Assembly (NCBI GenBank): GCA_964574595.1
Contig: CAZNOF010000003.1
Coordinates: forward strand, 80,280 to 144,279
Direction of reading: 5' to 3'
From: an uncultured Pseudomonadales bacterium
GTDB taxonomy: Bacteria; Patescibacteriota; Microgenomatia; UBA1400; PJMF01
Length of the DNA: 64,000 nt
The notes under the pieces are model-generated. The model had not been told where the DNA came from and made no database searches. It was given only the letters and a program-made list of their open reading frames with translations. Below, piece after piece: positions 1-9,732 of this stretch (position 1 is its first letter; each line of letters opens with the position of its first letter). The translations under genes and the position numbers were made by a program.

Positions 1-732
1 TTGCCCGATCCATACAGTGTTCATCCAATGACAATTTCCAAAAAGGCAACTTTTAATGCCATGTTTGATAAACAGCAAGAAATAAACTGTGCCAAATTGA
101 TGAAGGCAAATTACACACATACTGGCTGGTTCGTCCGACCACAATTTGAAGAAAAATATGACAAAAACGCAGTTAGAAAAGAATTAGGTTTGCAACCTGA
201 CACACTGACATTTTTAATTGCATCAGGATCTGAAGGCAGCAATTTTGTCAGTACGATTTTCCCATCACTGCTCTCATCCTCAAAAAAAATTCAAATCGTG
301 ATCGCCTGCGGCAACAACAAAAACTTGTTGAAGACCGTTCAAGTACTATCAGAAATTACTGAGAAGTTACGCGACCAAATTGTGCTCATTGGCTTGCCTT
401 TCACGGACAAAATTCATCTTTATATGCAAGCAGCTGATCTGGTTATTGGGAAAGCTGGACCAAATACTATTTTTGAATCAATCGCTACTAGAACACCATT
501 CTTTGCAGTAACTCATATTCCTGGCCAAGAAGATGGCAATTTAACAATTATTAAGAATTATCACTTAGGTTATGTTCAAGAAAATCCATTTAAAGCAGCT
601 CGGCTACTGAAGAAAATTATGGAAGATCCAGCACAGTTAGATGAGTTTGCAGAACCAGTTAATAAATTAGCTGAGTACAATCACAATTCCAGAAAAGTTT
701 TACTTCAAGAAATAGACAAATTACTTAACTGA
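1..732 (+). CDS. Glycosyltransferase, C-terminal part (GT28 / MurG-MGDG-synthase-like C-terminal domain). The 5' end is truncated by the window edge.
   Basis: The ORF runs from base 1 with no proper start. The segment GKAGPNTIFESIATRTPFF...HIPGQEDGN resembles the nucleotide-sugar binding C-terminal half of MurG/UgtP-type transferases. Confidence 0.45.
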   Translation: MPDPYSVHPMTISKKATFNAMFDKQQEINCAKLMKANYTHTGWFVRPQFEEKYDKNAVRKELGLQPDTLTFLIASGSEGSNFVSTIFPSLLSSSKKIQIVIACGNNKNLLKTVQVLSEITEKLRDQIVLIGLPFTDKIHLYMQAADLVIGKAGPNTIFESIATRTPFFAVTHIPGQEDGNLTIIKNYHLGYVQENPFKAARLLKKIMEDPAQLDEFAEPVNKLAEYNHNSRKVLLQEIDKLLN

Positions 733-2504
733 CGAACTTCTTTTAAAGTCGTAGCTTGCTGCCAAGTTTTATCTTCTCTAAATTTCACGAGTCTTGGGAA
801 TCGTAAGGCAACTCCAGCAGAGTGCTGTGGTGAGCGAGTAATTTCGTCAGCGGCTACTTCCACTACCAAGCCCGGTAAGCACCAAACATCTGGGATTAGC
901 AGCTTGCTGACCACATAGTGAGATGGCATCGTCGGCGTGGCTAATTCATCACATTGTTGTTTGGTTTGACGCAAGACTTCATCACTTAAACCCGTCCCTA
1001 TCTTTGCTAATGTAACAACCTTTTCTTGCTTCTCATCTAAAATACCAACCAAGATAGCTCCAATCCCAAACTCTGCCCGTTTACCACGGCCAAAGTAATA
1101 CCCCATGATCACTACATCAATCGTGTCCGCAAGTTTCCCTTTTGTGCCTTCGGCTTCTTTCATCTTCACCCAACTCCAACCTTTTCTGCCACTTTGGTAC
1201 TCGGCAGAAATTTGTTTGACTACCACTCCCTCTAACCCATTTGCCAACTCTTGCTCATGAAAGTTATGGAGCGCTTCTGGATCTTTGGTTTTAAATTCTG
1301 GTGAGTGATAAAGGATATCTGAATCTTTAAAAACCCTGTGAAGTTTCTCTTTTCGCTCACTTAATGGCAAAGACAGTAGGTCTTCTCCATCGAGTTCCAA
1401 CAAATCAAACACGTAAAATCGAATGGGAATTTCTTTGGCGATTTCTGAAATACCGTGCTTTCTCTTTCGTTGGATGGTTTCTTGAAACGGCAACAGGTCG
1501 CCCGTGTGAGGATCATACCCAATTGCTTCCGCATCTAAAATACAGGTCTCACAATCTAGTGAATCGATCGCCTCAGCTAACTCCGGAAATTGATGAGAGT
1601 TCTCTTCCAAACTTCTAGTATAGGTGCGATATCGCCACTCTTTTTTCTCATTCTTACGAACATGGATTTGGACACGCAAGCCATCATACTTTGGCTCGGC
1701 AATCACTTCACTCATCTTCTCAATCATTTCAGCGGCAGAGTTGAGTCGTTGGCACAAGGCTGGCAAGACCGGCACACCCACTTCTACTTTATAATTTTGC
1801 AATCCGAGTAAGCGTTCTTTTTCATCTTTTTGCTGTAAGTAAAAGGCGGCTAATTTGCCAATATCGGTTTTCCGCTGATAGGCCTCTTCCAGATACACTC
1901 GCTCAGCTTTCGTACCGGTCATGGCCCAAGAAAGCGCATCCATCATCGTCATATCGGAAAACCCAAGTCGCAACCGACCTAAGATAATTCTGACCACGAA
2001 CTTGGCTGAAATTGGATGAAGAGATTCAAGCAGCTCTGTTAAGGACAGTAGCTTGCGTTGCTGAGAATCAGAACCGGTATCTTTGGCAAGTTGAAATAAA
2101 CAACTATATACATTTTGAATGGTTTCTTGTTGAGTTGGCTGAATTTCTTGAATAACTTTCTCTGCCACCTCGCCTAAATCACCTAAACGTTGGTACTCTT
2201 TTAAAACTAGTTCTTCTTGATTATCTTTTTCTGATTCACCAAACAAATTTGTATCCTTAAAATCAGACTTTTCAGTTTGATTCACCAGCACTTTTGCTAA
2301 CGCTTTGATAACCGTTTTAACGGCAATTTGTAACTCGAGTTTTTCGTAGGATGGTAACAATTGACCCTGTAAAAGGTAACAGGCTTCTGTGACTTCTTCC
2401 GAATCAAGGTGTTGAAAGAGATCGGCTAAAACAGCCGTAATTTCTAATCGACTAGAGATGCCTTCTAACTTTTCTAAATACCCGGCGAATTCGACAAATG
2501 TCAT
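705..2504 (-). CDS. ATP-dependent DNA ligase (three-domain archaeal/eukaryotic-type Lig)
   Basis: A 599-aa ORF. The adenylation motif I, EPKYDGLRVQIH (KxDG), lies at about 1681-1710. The EGVVVK motif and an OB-domain C-terminus are also present. Confidence 0.85.
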   Translation of the reverse strand: MTFVEFAGYLEKLEGISSRLEITAVLADLFQHLDSEEVTEACYLLQGQLLPSYEKLELQIAVKTVIKALAKVLVNQTEKSDFKDTNLFGESEKDNQEELVLKEYQRLGDLGEVAEKVIQEIQPTQQETIQNVYSCLFQLAKDTGSDSQQRKLLSLTELLESLHPISAKFVVRIILGRLRLGFSDMTMMDALSWAMTGTKAERVYLEEAYQRKTDIGKLAAFYLQQKDEKERLLGLQNYKVEVGVPVLPALCQRLNSAAEMIEKMSEVIAEPKYDGLRVQIHVRKNEKKEWRYRTYTRSLEENSHQFPELAEAIDSLDCETCILDAEAIGYDPHTGDLLPFQETIQRKRKHGISEIAKEIPIRFYVFDLLELDGEDLLSLPLSERKEKLHRVFKDSDILYHSPEFKTKDPEALHNFHEQELANGLEGVVVKQISAEYQSGRKGWSWVKMKEAEGTKGKLADTIDVVIMGYYFGRGKRAEFGIGAILVGILDEKQEKVVTLAKIGTGLSDEVLRQTKQQCDELATPTMPSHYVVSKLLIPDVWCLPGLVVEVAADEITRSPQHSAGVALRFPRLVKFREDKTWQQATTLKEVRQLSNLSIS

Positions 2505-2505
2505 A

Positions 2506-3600
2506 TTACTCTTTCAATCGATAGGTCACGCCTTTGGTGACACCTTTTTTCTCAACCACCCCTTTTTGCAACAAATCTTTAATATCACGCAAGATCGTAT
2601 CGACCGAGACGTTTGGCAAAATTTGTTGAGCATCTTGAGATGATATTTCAGGCTGATTTTGTAGTAATTCTAACAGCACAATTTGTCTTTCCGAAAGAGC
2701 AACTTGATCACCTAACTGCCGCTTTAACTTGAGATCTTTAGACAGTTTTAAAACCTGTTGTTTTACCTTATCAATTTCAATCGCCAGCCCATAGCAAAAA
2801 TACTCTAGCCAATAGGTCAAATCTTGATTGGCTTGTTGCTGAACAGACAATAAAGCGGAGTAGTAACGACTCACATCGTCATCGAAATACTTCTCAATTG
2901 AAAAAAACTTTTTAAAATCGTACCCCGAACTGTATAACACCAAAGTGGCAATTGCTCGAGCCGTTCGACCATTTCCTTCAATAAATGGATGAACAAAAAC
3001 GAGCTGGTAATGAGTAATCGCAGCTCTAAAAATAGGATGCATTTGTTGCGATTCTGCAGAGTTAAACCAGCTGAAAAAATCTTCAATCAAATAGGGAATT
3101 TCGGCAGCAATTGGCGGTCTAAAAGCCACTGCTCCATCTGTGGCACTTCTGACAACTACTTGTTTATCACGGTAGACGCCAATGTACTGCTCTTCAATAA
3201 TTCGATGAGTGGTCAATTGGTGCAATGTTTTCAAAACATCTTCAGAAAGGGACAATGGTTTTGGCAGAAATTTTTCCCATTGATCAATCCAATTCATGAC
3301 GTTTCTGTAATTAATTACTTCCTGAATGTCTCGTTCGCGTGCCACAATACCTGTTTTCTCAGAGATATCTTGAGGATCTTGCGAAGAATTGAGTCGAATA
3401 ACTTGCTCCGCTTGAGCCTGCGTTAAATCATTTCCCTCAATTTTGGTTCCATAGTGAACAGCTCGGACACGGGCATCATCTCGAAATTTTGCTTCCCAAG
3501 CCGGAACTAAGGCGGCATTATCAATCACTTCTTTGGCTGCCTCAATTTTAGAAATATATGTCAGTAAATTTTGGGTAATAGTAAATGTTGGTTGATACAT
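2506..3600 (-). CDS. Fic family protein (AMPylase-type fold) with C-terminal wHTH-like tail
   Basis: The canonical Fic motif HPFIEGNGRTAR (HPFx[DE]GNGR) lies at about 2960-2995. Confidence 0.85.
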   Translation of the reverse strand: MYQPTFTITQNLLTYISKIEAAKEVIDNAALVPAWEAKFRDDARVRAVHYGTKIEGNDLTQAQAEQVIRLNSSQDPQDISEKTGIVARERDIQEVINYRNVMNWIDQWEKFLPKPLSLSEDVLKTLHQLTTHRIIEEQYIGVYRDKQVVVRSATDGAVAFRPPIAAEIPYLIEDFFSWFNSAESQQMHPIFRAAITHYQLVFVHPFIEGNGRTARAIATLVLYSSGYDFKKFFSIEKYFDDDVSRYYSALLSVQQQANQDLTYWLEYFCYGLAIEIDKVKQQVLKLSKDLKLKRQLGDQVALSERQIVLLELLQNQPEISSQDAQQILPNVSVDTILRDIKDLLQKGVVEKKGVTKGVTYRLKE

Positions 3601-3679
3601 TGTGGCTTGATTCTAGCCTATTTCCGCAAGAAATGCAGGGATAAAGTTTCCTTTCAGCATCACCCTGTATAATACTGGT

Positions 3680-4024
3680 ATGGCCGAACTACAATCACCG
3701 GAAACAATTAAAGATTTACCGCTCAGCATCATTAAAAATATGATCGTCTTAAGCACGAGTGGTTTTGGACTCGTGGTGGCATTAGCCTGGAATCAGTTGA
3801 TTCAAAAATTAGTTGATACTTATGTGACTGCCTACTTTGGAAAGAATGGCGGACTCATCTCACTATTTATCTATGCAGTGATAGTGACTTTGATCGCGAT
3901 ACTCGTCATCATGCAGTTGACGCAAATTCAACGCAAACTTGAAGGAATTGAAAGAAGCCGAGAAAAACGCCGCGAGCTCGCAAGATTACGCCGACGAAGG
4001 CAAGACGTCATCCTCCATCAGTGA
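3680..4024 (+). CDS. Small membrane protein with two TM segments and a basic C-terminal tail; function unknown
   Basis: The ORF has hydrophobic helices followed by an RREKRRELARLRRRR tail. Its 3' end overlaps the convergent gene. Confidence 0.35.
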   Translation: MAELQSPETIKDLPLSIIKNMIVLSTSGFGLVVALAWNQLIQKLVDTYVTAYFGKNGGLISLFIYAVIVTLIAILVIMQLTQIQRKLEGIERSREKRRELARLRRRRQDVILHQ

Positions 4025-4666
4025 CTGGATAATCTGTTGTAAGGCTTGAAGTTGCACTAAGTACTCTGCTGCCGGAATCACTTGGACAATATCTGGATTT
4101 CCTCGACCCAGCTCATTTGTGTCCATGCCGTATCCTTCCAGCCAATACTTCCCCATCTGGAATCCAACAAAATCACCATCTAAAGGCACTTTCCTCTGTT
4201 CTTTTTTATCAACTGCGGCTGCGATTTTAATTGATCTTGGCTGGGCGAGCTCTTGAATTTTGGCTTTGAGTTGGGTTAAGGTCAAACCCGTATCAATCAC
4301 GTCCTCAGTAATCAACACATCTTTGCCATGTAAGTGGCGGATCAATTTATCACTTAAGGTGAAGATCAGTTCGCCTGAACTGACGGTACCATTGCCATAA
4401 CTACTGGCAGGTAAATATTCTACAGGCACGTCCAAACCTAAACGAAATAATTCTTTGTGCAGTTGATCAGTAAATGGAGCTGCACCTTTCAGCACACCCA
4501 ACAAGACGAGTTGAGACGCCTCATTTTTATCACCGGTTGGGGCATACGTGGCTTTGATTTCTACAGCCATTTCTTTCACTCTGTTACTAATTTCTGATTC
4601 TGGAATCAGAACTCTTTTCCTCTTACTTAAAAACTCTACTGCGGCAGCTTGTTCAGGGCTAATCAT
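3986..4666 (-). CDS. Phosphoribosyltransferase (hypoxanthine/guanine PRTase-like)
   Basis: The PRPP-binding motif VLITEDVIDTGLTL is present. The protein is 226 aa with an N-terminal extension. Confidence 0.65.
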   Translation of the reverse strand: MISPEQAAAVEFLSKRKRVLIPESEISNRVKEMAVEIKATYAPTGDKNEASQLVLLGVLKGAAPFTDQLHKELFRLGLDVPVEYLPASSYGNGTVSSGELIFTLSDKLIRHLHGKDVLITEDVIDTGLTLTQLKAKIQELAQPRSIKIAAAVDKKEQRKVPLDGDFVGFQMGKYWLEGYGMDTNELGRGNPDIVQVIPAAEYLVQLQALQQIIQSLMEDDVLPSSA

Positions 4667-5639
4667 GTGTTGACTGCTTCTCTCTCCAAATGGTTTTTGG
4701 TATTTGTTCCACTAAATCAGAGGAGTTGAAGTTTGGACCCACTTGGAGGTACAAATCATCTCCAGCCTTCTTATTGAAATAACTTCCTAAAGTTGCAGCG
4801 GTCAATGCATCATTTTTACAGTACAAGGCCGCTATTAAACCAGCCAATACATCACCTGTGCCACCCTTGGTCATGCCACTGTTCCCACCAGCAATTTCTT
4901 CAAAGTGATCTTGCTGCATGACTACATCATGAGGGCCTTTTCGAAGTACCGTCGTCCCATGCAAAATCTCAGAAACTAATTTGAATTGTTTTTCTAATGC
5001 ACTCAAATCTTGTCCGTCTTCTTCTTTCCAAAACCAAGCTGTTTTATGAAGGATGGCGTCATAGTTTAAAGTCCAGTGGTTGCCTGCCAGCTCAACAGTA
5101 ATCACATTGGGATCCTGTGGATTGGTCACTCCATACTGTTCAATTAACATTGCCTCAATTCTAGTAATTAATTGCAGAAACTCCTGCTTATGTGGCGTAA
5201 TAATGCAGTTTTGATTTAAAAGCCGTACATCAACCATTTGCAATGCCCCGGCATCAATTACCCATTTTTTATCAGCATGTTTTTGGAGCAGTTTATTCAC
5301 TAGTTTCTCAGTTTCTGGCACCCGAGTCATTCCTGGACCAATCAGAATACAATCGGCTTCTGACAAATAGGATTCTAAGTCATCTCGTTCCACCACAATC
5401 CCATTCCAAAACTTGCCTTTTGCTTCAAGTACCAGATCATTATTTGACGGAATTGAAGAGTAAAAAACCATATCCACAAACTTACTCGCTACATCCAAAC
5501 TCCACCGGCTCGCGGCATGAAATAAATCTGATCCACCAATAATCAGCAGTTTGCCATTCTGGCCTTTGTGAGAGTTCTCGGCGGGTAACCACATTTCCTG
5601 GAGAAGGTGTTGGATGTCTTGGGATTGAGGCTGTGTCAT
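4659..5639 (-). CDS. YjeF C-terminal domain carbohydrate kinase / ADP-dependent NAD(P)H-hydrate dehydratase
   Basis: The motifs KGQNGKLLIIGGS and GGTGDVLAGLIAAL are typical of the YjeF_C (Nnr dehydratase) family. Confidence 0.65.
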   Translation of the reverse strand: MTQPQSQDIQHLLQEMWLPAENSHKGQNGKLLIIGGSDLFHAASRWSLDVASKFVDMVFYSSIPSNNDLVLEAKGKFWNGIVVERDDLESYLSEADCILIGPGMTRVPETEKLVNKLLQKHADKKWVIDAGALQMVDVRLLNQNCIITPHKQEFLQLITRIEAMLIEQYGVTNPQDPNVITVELAGNHWTLNYDAILHKTAWFWKEEDGQDLSALEKQFKLVSEILHGTTVLRKGPHDVVMQQDHFEEIAGGNSGMTKGGTGDVLAGLIAALYCKNDALTAATLGSYFNKKAGDDLYLQVGPNFNSSDLVEQIPKTIWREKQSTHD

Positions 5640-5642
5640 GAA

Positions 5643-6728
5643 TTACAATCTTACTATATCAAGTTCCGATACGTAGGCTTGAATTTCTTCGGCAATTTTT
5701 TCTTCTGTGGTAGTGACGATCGATTGACCGTGTTGAAGCAAAGACAACACATCATGCCGATGAGCTTCATCTAACTCAGAAAGTATATCATCTAACAATA
5801 ACACGGGAATTTGCTGTGTTTGTTCTGTCAAAAAACTCAGCTCACAAACCTTCAGCCACAAGACCGCCAACCGCTGCTGGCCGCGCGAACCATATTGGGC
5901 AATGTTTCGCATTTGATCACCAAACAAAAGCTCAACGGAAAAGTCATCTTTATGCGGTCCAATTAAGGTGTGCCCTACGGCAATTTCGGCAACCTCGTGT
6001 TCCGCTAAATGCGCCTCACTCATCACCGAAGGTTGATAGCGTAACTCGAACTGCACCGGGAAAGGTACGGAAGCAAATGTGGCGAAGAAATTAAACCGCT
6101 TGTCTTGCACAATTTTCCCATGTTTGAGTAACAGATTTGTCCAGTAACTTAAAACGGTCTTAGGGGCGAAACCTTCTTTGATTTGTTGCAGCAATTTGTT
6201 CCGTCTTTTTAAGCCATCTTCATAGGTTTTCAGTGAAGCGGCATACTCCCGATCGGTAATCGCTAGCACAGTGTCAATGAACTCTCGCCGGCGGCTTGGA
6301 GAGCCTTCCACGAGGCGCATATCTTCGGGTCTGAAAGCTACGGTAAAGAAGTGTCCTACAAAGTCTTTTTTGCGCCGATTCACACCGTTCACCGCATACA
6401 TTCTAGTCTGTACTTTCTTGCCACTCACAAAGCCTCTCGTCAGCGTCATATCTAAATCTACTTCTTCATCTACCCGCTCGTCTTCTTCGGTGACTTTCTG
6501 ATAACTGACCTTCCCTTTTAACCGCCCCAGTTCCTGATCGAACTGAATCATCTCATCAACTTTTTCGGCGCGGAAACTCTCCCCAGTAGAAAGCGCTACG
6601 ATGGCTTCAATAATTGAGGTCTTGCCTTGGGCATTTTGACCAACAATAACCGTGGTCTGTTTGGGAAACAAAAAACTTTTCTGGGTGTAACTTCGAAAAT
6701 ACTGGAGAGAGATACCGGCAAGCTTCAT
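5643..6728 (-). CDS. recF: DNA replication and repair protein RecF
   Basis: Walker A is GQNAQGKTSIIEAI. The signature/Walker B region is LLLDDILSELD. The protein is 361 aa, the canonical RecF size. Confidence 0.9.
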   Translation of the reverse strand: MKLAGISLQYFRSYTQKSFLFPKQTTVIVGQNAQGKTSIIEAIVALSTGESFRAEKVDEMIQFDQELGRLKGKVSYQKVTEEDERVDEEVDLDMTLTRGFVSGKKVQTRMYAVNGVNRRKKDFVGHFFTVAFRPEDMRLVEGSPSRRREFIDTVLAITDREYAASLKTYEDGLKRRNKLLQQIKEGFAPKTVLSYWTNLLLKHGKIVQDKRFNFFATFASVPFPVQFELRYQPSVMSEAHLAEHEVAEIAVGHTLIGPHKDDFSVELLFGDQMRNIAQYGSRGQQRLAVLWLKVCELSFLTEQTQQIPVLLLDDILSELDEAHRHDVLSLLQHGQSIVTTTEEKIAEEIQAYVSELDIVRL

Positions 6729-6752
6729 GCCACAGTTATAACATGAGGAGTG

Positions 6753-8480
6753 TTACTTATGCTCAATATTAAACAAACCACTCTTGAGCGCGATTCTACC
6801 AGGAGCTCGCAAGTTAAAGACTTTATAGAAATCTTTGCCATCAATAGACACAGAACCGTTATTGGTATCAAAAGTGACTTTGGCCGTCACACCATTCGTA
6901 CCGTAACTAACAGACACATTGGTGACTTTGGAGAAACCGTCACCGCCAGCTTTATCACGCAGCTCATTAATAGAATACGGATTTCCTCCCCAGCAGGAAC
7001 CTATCGGCGCCACACGGTCATCACTTTGACTATGCTTTACCAGCACCACCCAAGCATTCAAGATATCGGCCATTTCTTCCGAGGTCAACCAAGGACTACT
7101 CTTGCCACAGCTATCTCCAGAACGAGTTTTGTACCAACCTTTATAAAACCAAGGACTGCCAGCAATTTTTTCATAGGCGTCACTTGTCCAGCCATCTCGG
7201 CCTCGTTTGGTATCCCAAAACGCTGGCGTGGAGTGGCCATTTGATGAGTAGGACTCTTGATAACCTCCTGATGTAGATGCGTATTTAGCAAAGAAGGGCT
7301 TGCCACCGGTTTGGAGCACCCAACCTTTCGTGGCGTTAGCAGCTTCGTCCCATTTGCCACCTTTATTTGACGGTTTATAAACTTGGCAACTTTCTGTGGC
7401 ACAAATGCTGTTGGCACCATTATTAGTACTAGCCAACGCATACGAGCGAGCCGCCACAGCTTGCGCTTTCAAAGCTTCCATCCCACCCTGATCTCCCCAA
7501 GAAGATGGCATTTCGTAAATGCGTTTTACGTATGTTTCAATATCAACTTTGCCATACCCCTGGACATCAATTTGAATATCGGTGGAGTAATCTTTTTTAA
7601 TTTCAATGTCATTCCCGTAATAGGCTTTGAGAATATCCTCAGCAGATTGGCCACTCTGAGCTCGGCCCAGCGCACCATACTGACTCAAACCTTGGAAATG
7701 AGGTGCTCCAAAAGAAAAAGCCGCAAAGGCCGGTGAGAATCCTGGGTTGTATCCAGGCTGACTTGCGGGATCATCTGCTAATGGGACATCTCCCACTGCG
7801 GTTTGGAAAGTGCCTGATTTTTCCGCTAAAATCGACTGCTGACGCGCACTGAGTGCCGCAATTTGACCAGCCAGTTGTTGTTGATAGGCTTTGGCACCTT
7901 GAATTTGTGTCTTAAAGAAGGCTGCTTGCTTGTCTAAATCAGCCGTCAAACTAGCTAATTTTTTCTGTCGTTCCACTAAATCTGTTTTTTGTTTCTGCAA
8001 ATCTTGAATTTGCTGACCGGTCTGATGAATCAAGAGGTTATCTTGATTTTCTGCGGCAGCTCGATACTGTAAATCACGGGTTAAATCAGTGGCGTTATTA
8101 CTATTAAGGAAGATCAACAATGGCGAGTTAAATGACTTGCGCTTGTACCGAGCAGCCACTCGAAATGAAAAAAGTTGATATTGGGAGCTCAAGTTGGCTT
8201 GACTGATATCAATATTTTTAGCAATTTGGGTCGTTTGGAGTTGAGCCGCTTTAATGTCCGATTGCAGTTTATTGATTCTGTTTTGCAAATCCTTAACCGC
8301 ACTTTCTAAGGGCGTGGTGGCCGCAGCAGACAGGTCAAGCAGATGTTGCAGTTCGTTCTTCTGCTTTTCAATATCATCGATCTCATCCGCATGGACCGTA
8401 AAGGCTGGCAATCGAGTAACAACTAGCCCAGCTATCAGGAAAAGCACACTAAAAGTAAGAATCAATTTTCTCTTAAACAT
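6753..8480 (-). CDS. Secreted coiled-coil protein with C-terminal SpoIID/LytB domain (peptidoglycan amidase enhancer / lytic transglycosylase family)
   Basis: An N-terminal signal/TM segment is followed by a long Q-rich coiled coil. The C-terminus carries AQAVAARSYALAS...CATESCQVYKP, the SpoIID/LytB signature. Confidence 0.65.
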   Translation of the reverse strand: MFKRKLILTFSVLFLIAGLVVTRLPAFTVHADEIDDIEKQKNELQHLLDLSAAATTPLESAVKDLQNRINKLQSDIKAAQLQTTQIAKNIDISQANLSSQYQLFSFRVAARYKRKSFNSPLLIFLNSNNATDLTRDLQYRAAAENQDNLLIHQTGQQIQDLQKQKTDLVERQKKLASLTADLDKQAAFFKTQIQGAKAYQQQLAGQIAALSARQQSILAEKSGTFQTAVGDVPLADDPASQPGYNPGFSPAFAAFSFGAPHFQGLSQYGALGRAQSGQSAEDILKAYYGNDIEIKKDYSTDIQIDVQGYGKVDIETYVKRIYEMPSSWGDQGGMEALKAQAVAARSYALASTNNGANSICATESCQVYKPSNKGGKWDEAANATKGWVLQTGGKPFFAKYASTSGGYQESYSSNGHSTPAFWDTKRGRDGWTSDAYEKIAGSPWFYKGWYKTRSGDSCGKSSPWLTSEEMADILNAWVVLVKHSQSDDRVAPIGSCWGGNPYSINELRDKAGGDGFSKVTNVSVSYGTNGVTAKVTFDTNNGSVSIDGKDFYKVFNLRAPGRIALKSGLFNIEHK

Positions 8481-8609
8481 CTATGCGTATTTTAGTCCAT
8501 GAAGGGGGTCCGAGACCAGCGCAAAGAGTGGATAAAAAGATATCAAAAGCCCTCGAACAAACGAGGGCTTTGGTTGATTTATAGTACACAACAAACTTGA
8601 TACACGAGA

Positions 8610-9326
8610 TTAGTTGACTAGCTTGATAGTCGGAATCATCGCTTCAAGAACTGGTTGCAGTTCATTCCAGTGCGTTTTATCTTGAGCACCGATGAAAACC
8701 AGAATGTAGCTATTTGTCTTGACAGAGAAGATAACGATTAGTTCTAACCGGCCATTGAATTCACTTGGGCCAGTCGCAAAATCCATTTCAGCACGGGCTG
8801 CTGGATTGTCACCAATCGTATAAGACAGGATCCCCGTCGCATTTACTGGACCAGACCCAGAGATCATTGCTTCAACAACCTTTGTCGGATCTGTGCCAAT
8901 GCTTTGGACAGTGATCGACCGTTCCTCCCCTTTTACGACTTCAACAAAAAATGAAGTCCCCGAAACAGTACCTGCGTTTGCCGGCTGACCATTTCGTGGC
9001 AAAGCATTTTCTTGCCAGTCGTTTGGATAGGAGAGCGTCAACAAGCCCGGATACGTCAGAGTCTTGGGCAGAGAGACTGTAGTCAGGTTCGCCAAGACAC
9101 CGGGTGGATAAGTGGGTTGAGCAACTGCCGCGGTCTGAGTCGCTTGAATCGCAAGTGAGACTTGGGCATTCATCGTTGCAGTACTCGCCGCAGCTGCTTG
9201 AGTAGCATTGATGGCCTGCTGAATATCTGCCGCCGAGGGTGTAGCCACTGCGGGTGAACAAGCGGTGGAGAAAATTGAAACAAGAGCGAGAACGATCAAT
9301 ACAAATACAGATCGCAATTGGACCAT
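8610..9326 (-). CDS. Secreted protein (signal peptide, possible lipoprotein), unknown function
   Basis: The N-terminus MVQLRSVFVLIVLALVSIFSTAC is followed by an Ala/Thr-rich region. A hairpin lies downstream at about 8549-8568. Confidence 0.4.
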   Translation of the reverse strand: MVQLRSVFVLIVLALVSIFSTACSPAVATPSAADIQQAINATQAAAASTATMNAQVSLAIQATQTAAVAQPTYPPGVLANLTTVSLPKTLTYPGLLTLSYPNDWQENALPRNGQPANAGTVSGTSFFVEVVKGEERSITVQSIGTDPTKVVEAMISGSGPVNATGILSYTIGDNPAARAEMDFATGPSEFNGRLELIVIFSVKTNSYILVFIGAQDKTHWNELQPVLEAMIPTIKLVN

Positions 9327-9430
9327 TTGTCATCTTCCTTTATTAGACTATTAAACTGCTCGTTCAGATTTGAACGAACGCATATAATAACACTTTATAG
9401 GTCCCGTGTCGAGAGAAATTAATTAAGTTA

Positions 9431-9463
9431 ATACAAAAACGCCGAAGTGTGAACTCCGGCGTT
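9431..9463 (-). terminator. Rho-independent terminator downstream of the 65-aa membrane protein gene (minus strand)
   Basis: The 7-bp stem aacgccg/cggcgtt is followed, on the minus strand, by TTTTTGTAT. Confidence 0.55.
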
Positions 9464-9488
9464 GCTAAAAAGGATAAGAAAGAAAAAC

Positions 9489-9686
9489 CTAGTGTTTGCC
9501 GCGGATGACCATAATCACACCGATGACAAACCCAATTGCTGCACCGATTGCTGCTGCGGTACTCCCTAAGATTATTCCCGGGACGATTGCCCAAAGCAGC
9601 GTGAAAGCGGCAATCATAAAGATTGAGCGGAAGAATCCAAAACCATGTCTTGATCCATGTGGCGTGTGACCTGTTCCGTGTGCCAT
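9489..9686 (-). CDS. Small (65 aa) His/Gly-rich two-TM membrane protein
   Basis: An AAAGGAG-type RBS lies 7 nt upstream on the minus strand. A strong intrinsic terminator lies directly downstream at 9431-9463. Confidence 0.4.
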   Translation of the reverse strand: MAHGTGHTPHGSRHGFGFFRSIFMIAAFTLLWAIVPGIILGSTAAAIGAAIGFVIGVIMVIRGKH

Positions 9687-9732
9687 GTTATTGGCTCCTT
9701 TACTTTTGAATTTGCGAAGAGTAATTAAACAA

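Noticed and set aside
1364-3426. ORF-track entries 1364-1618(+), 1590-1811(+), 2458-2643(+), 2871-3086(-) and 2989-3426(+) inside or antisense to the ligase and Fic genes
   Set aside because: They are shadow ORFs overlapping long, motif-supported genes on the other strand. They have no RBS or independent support.
6750-8502. Plus-strand ORFs 6750-7244, 7383-7736 and 8254-8502, and minus 7085-7441, overlapping the SpoIID/LytB gene
   Set aside because: They lie antisense to or out of frame with a 575-aa gene that has a clear SpoIID signature, so they are shadow ORFs.
8549-8568. Hairpin gccctcg-aacaaa-cgagggc as a strong terminator
   Set aside because: The T-run is short on both strands. It may be a weak terminator for the 8610-9326 gene, but the evidence is marginal.
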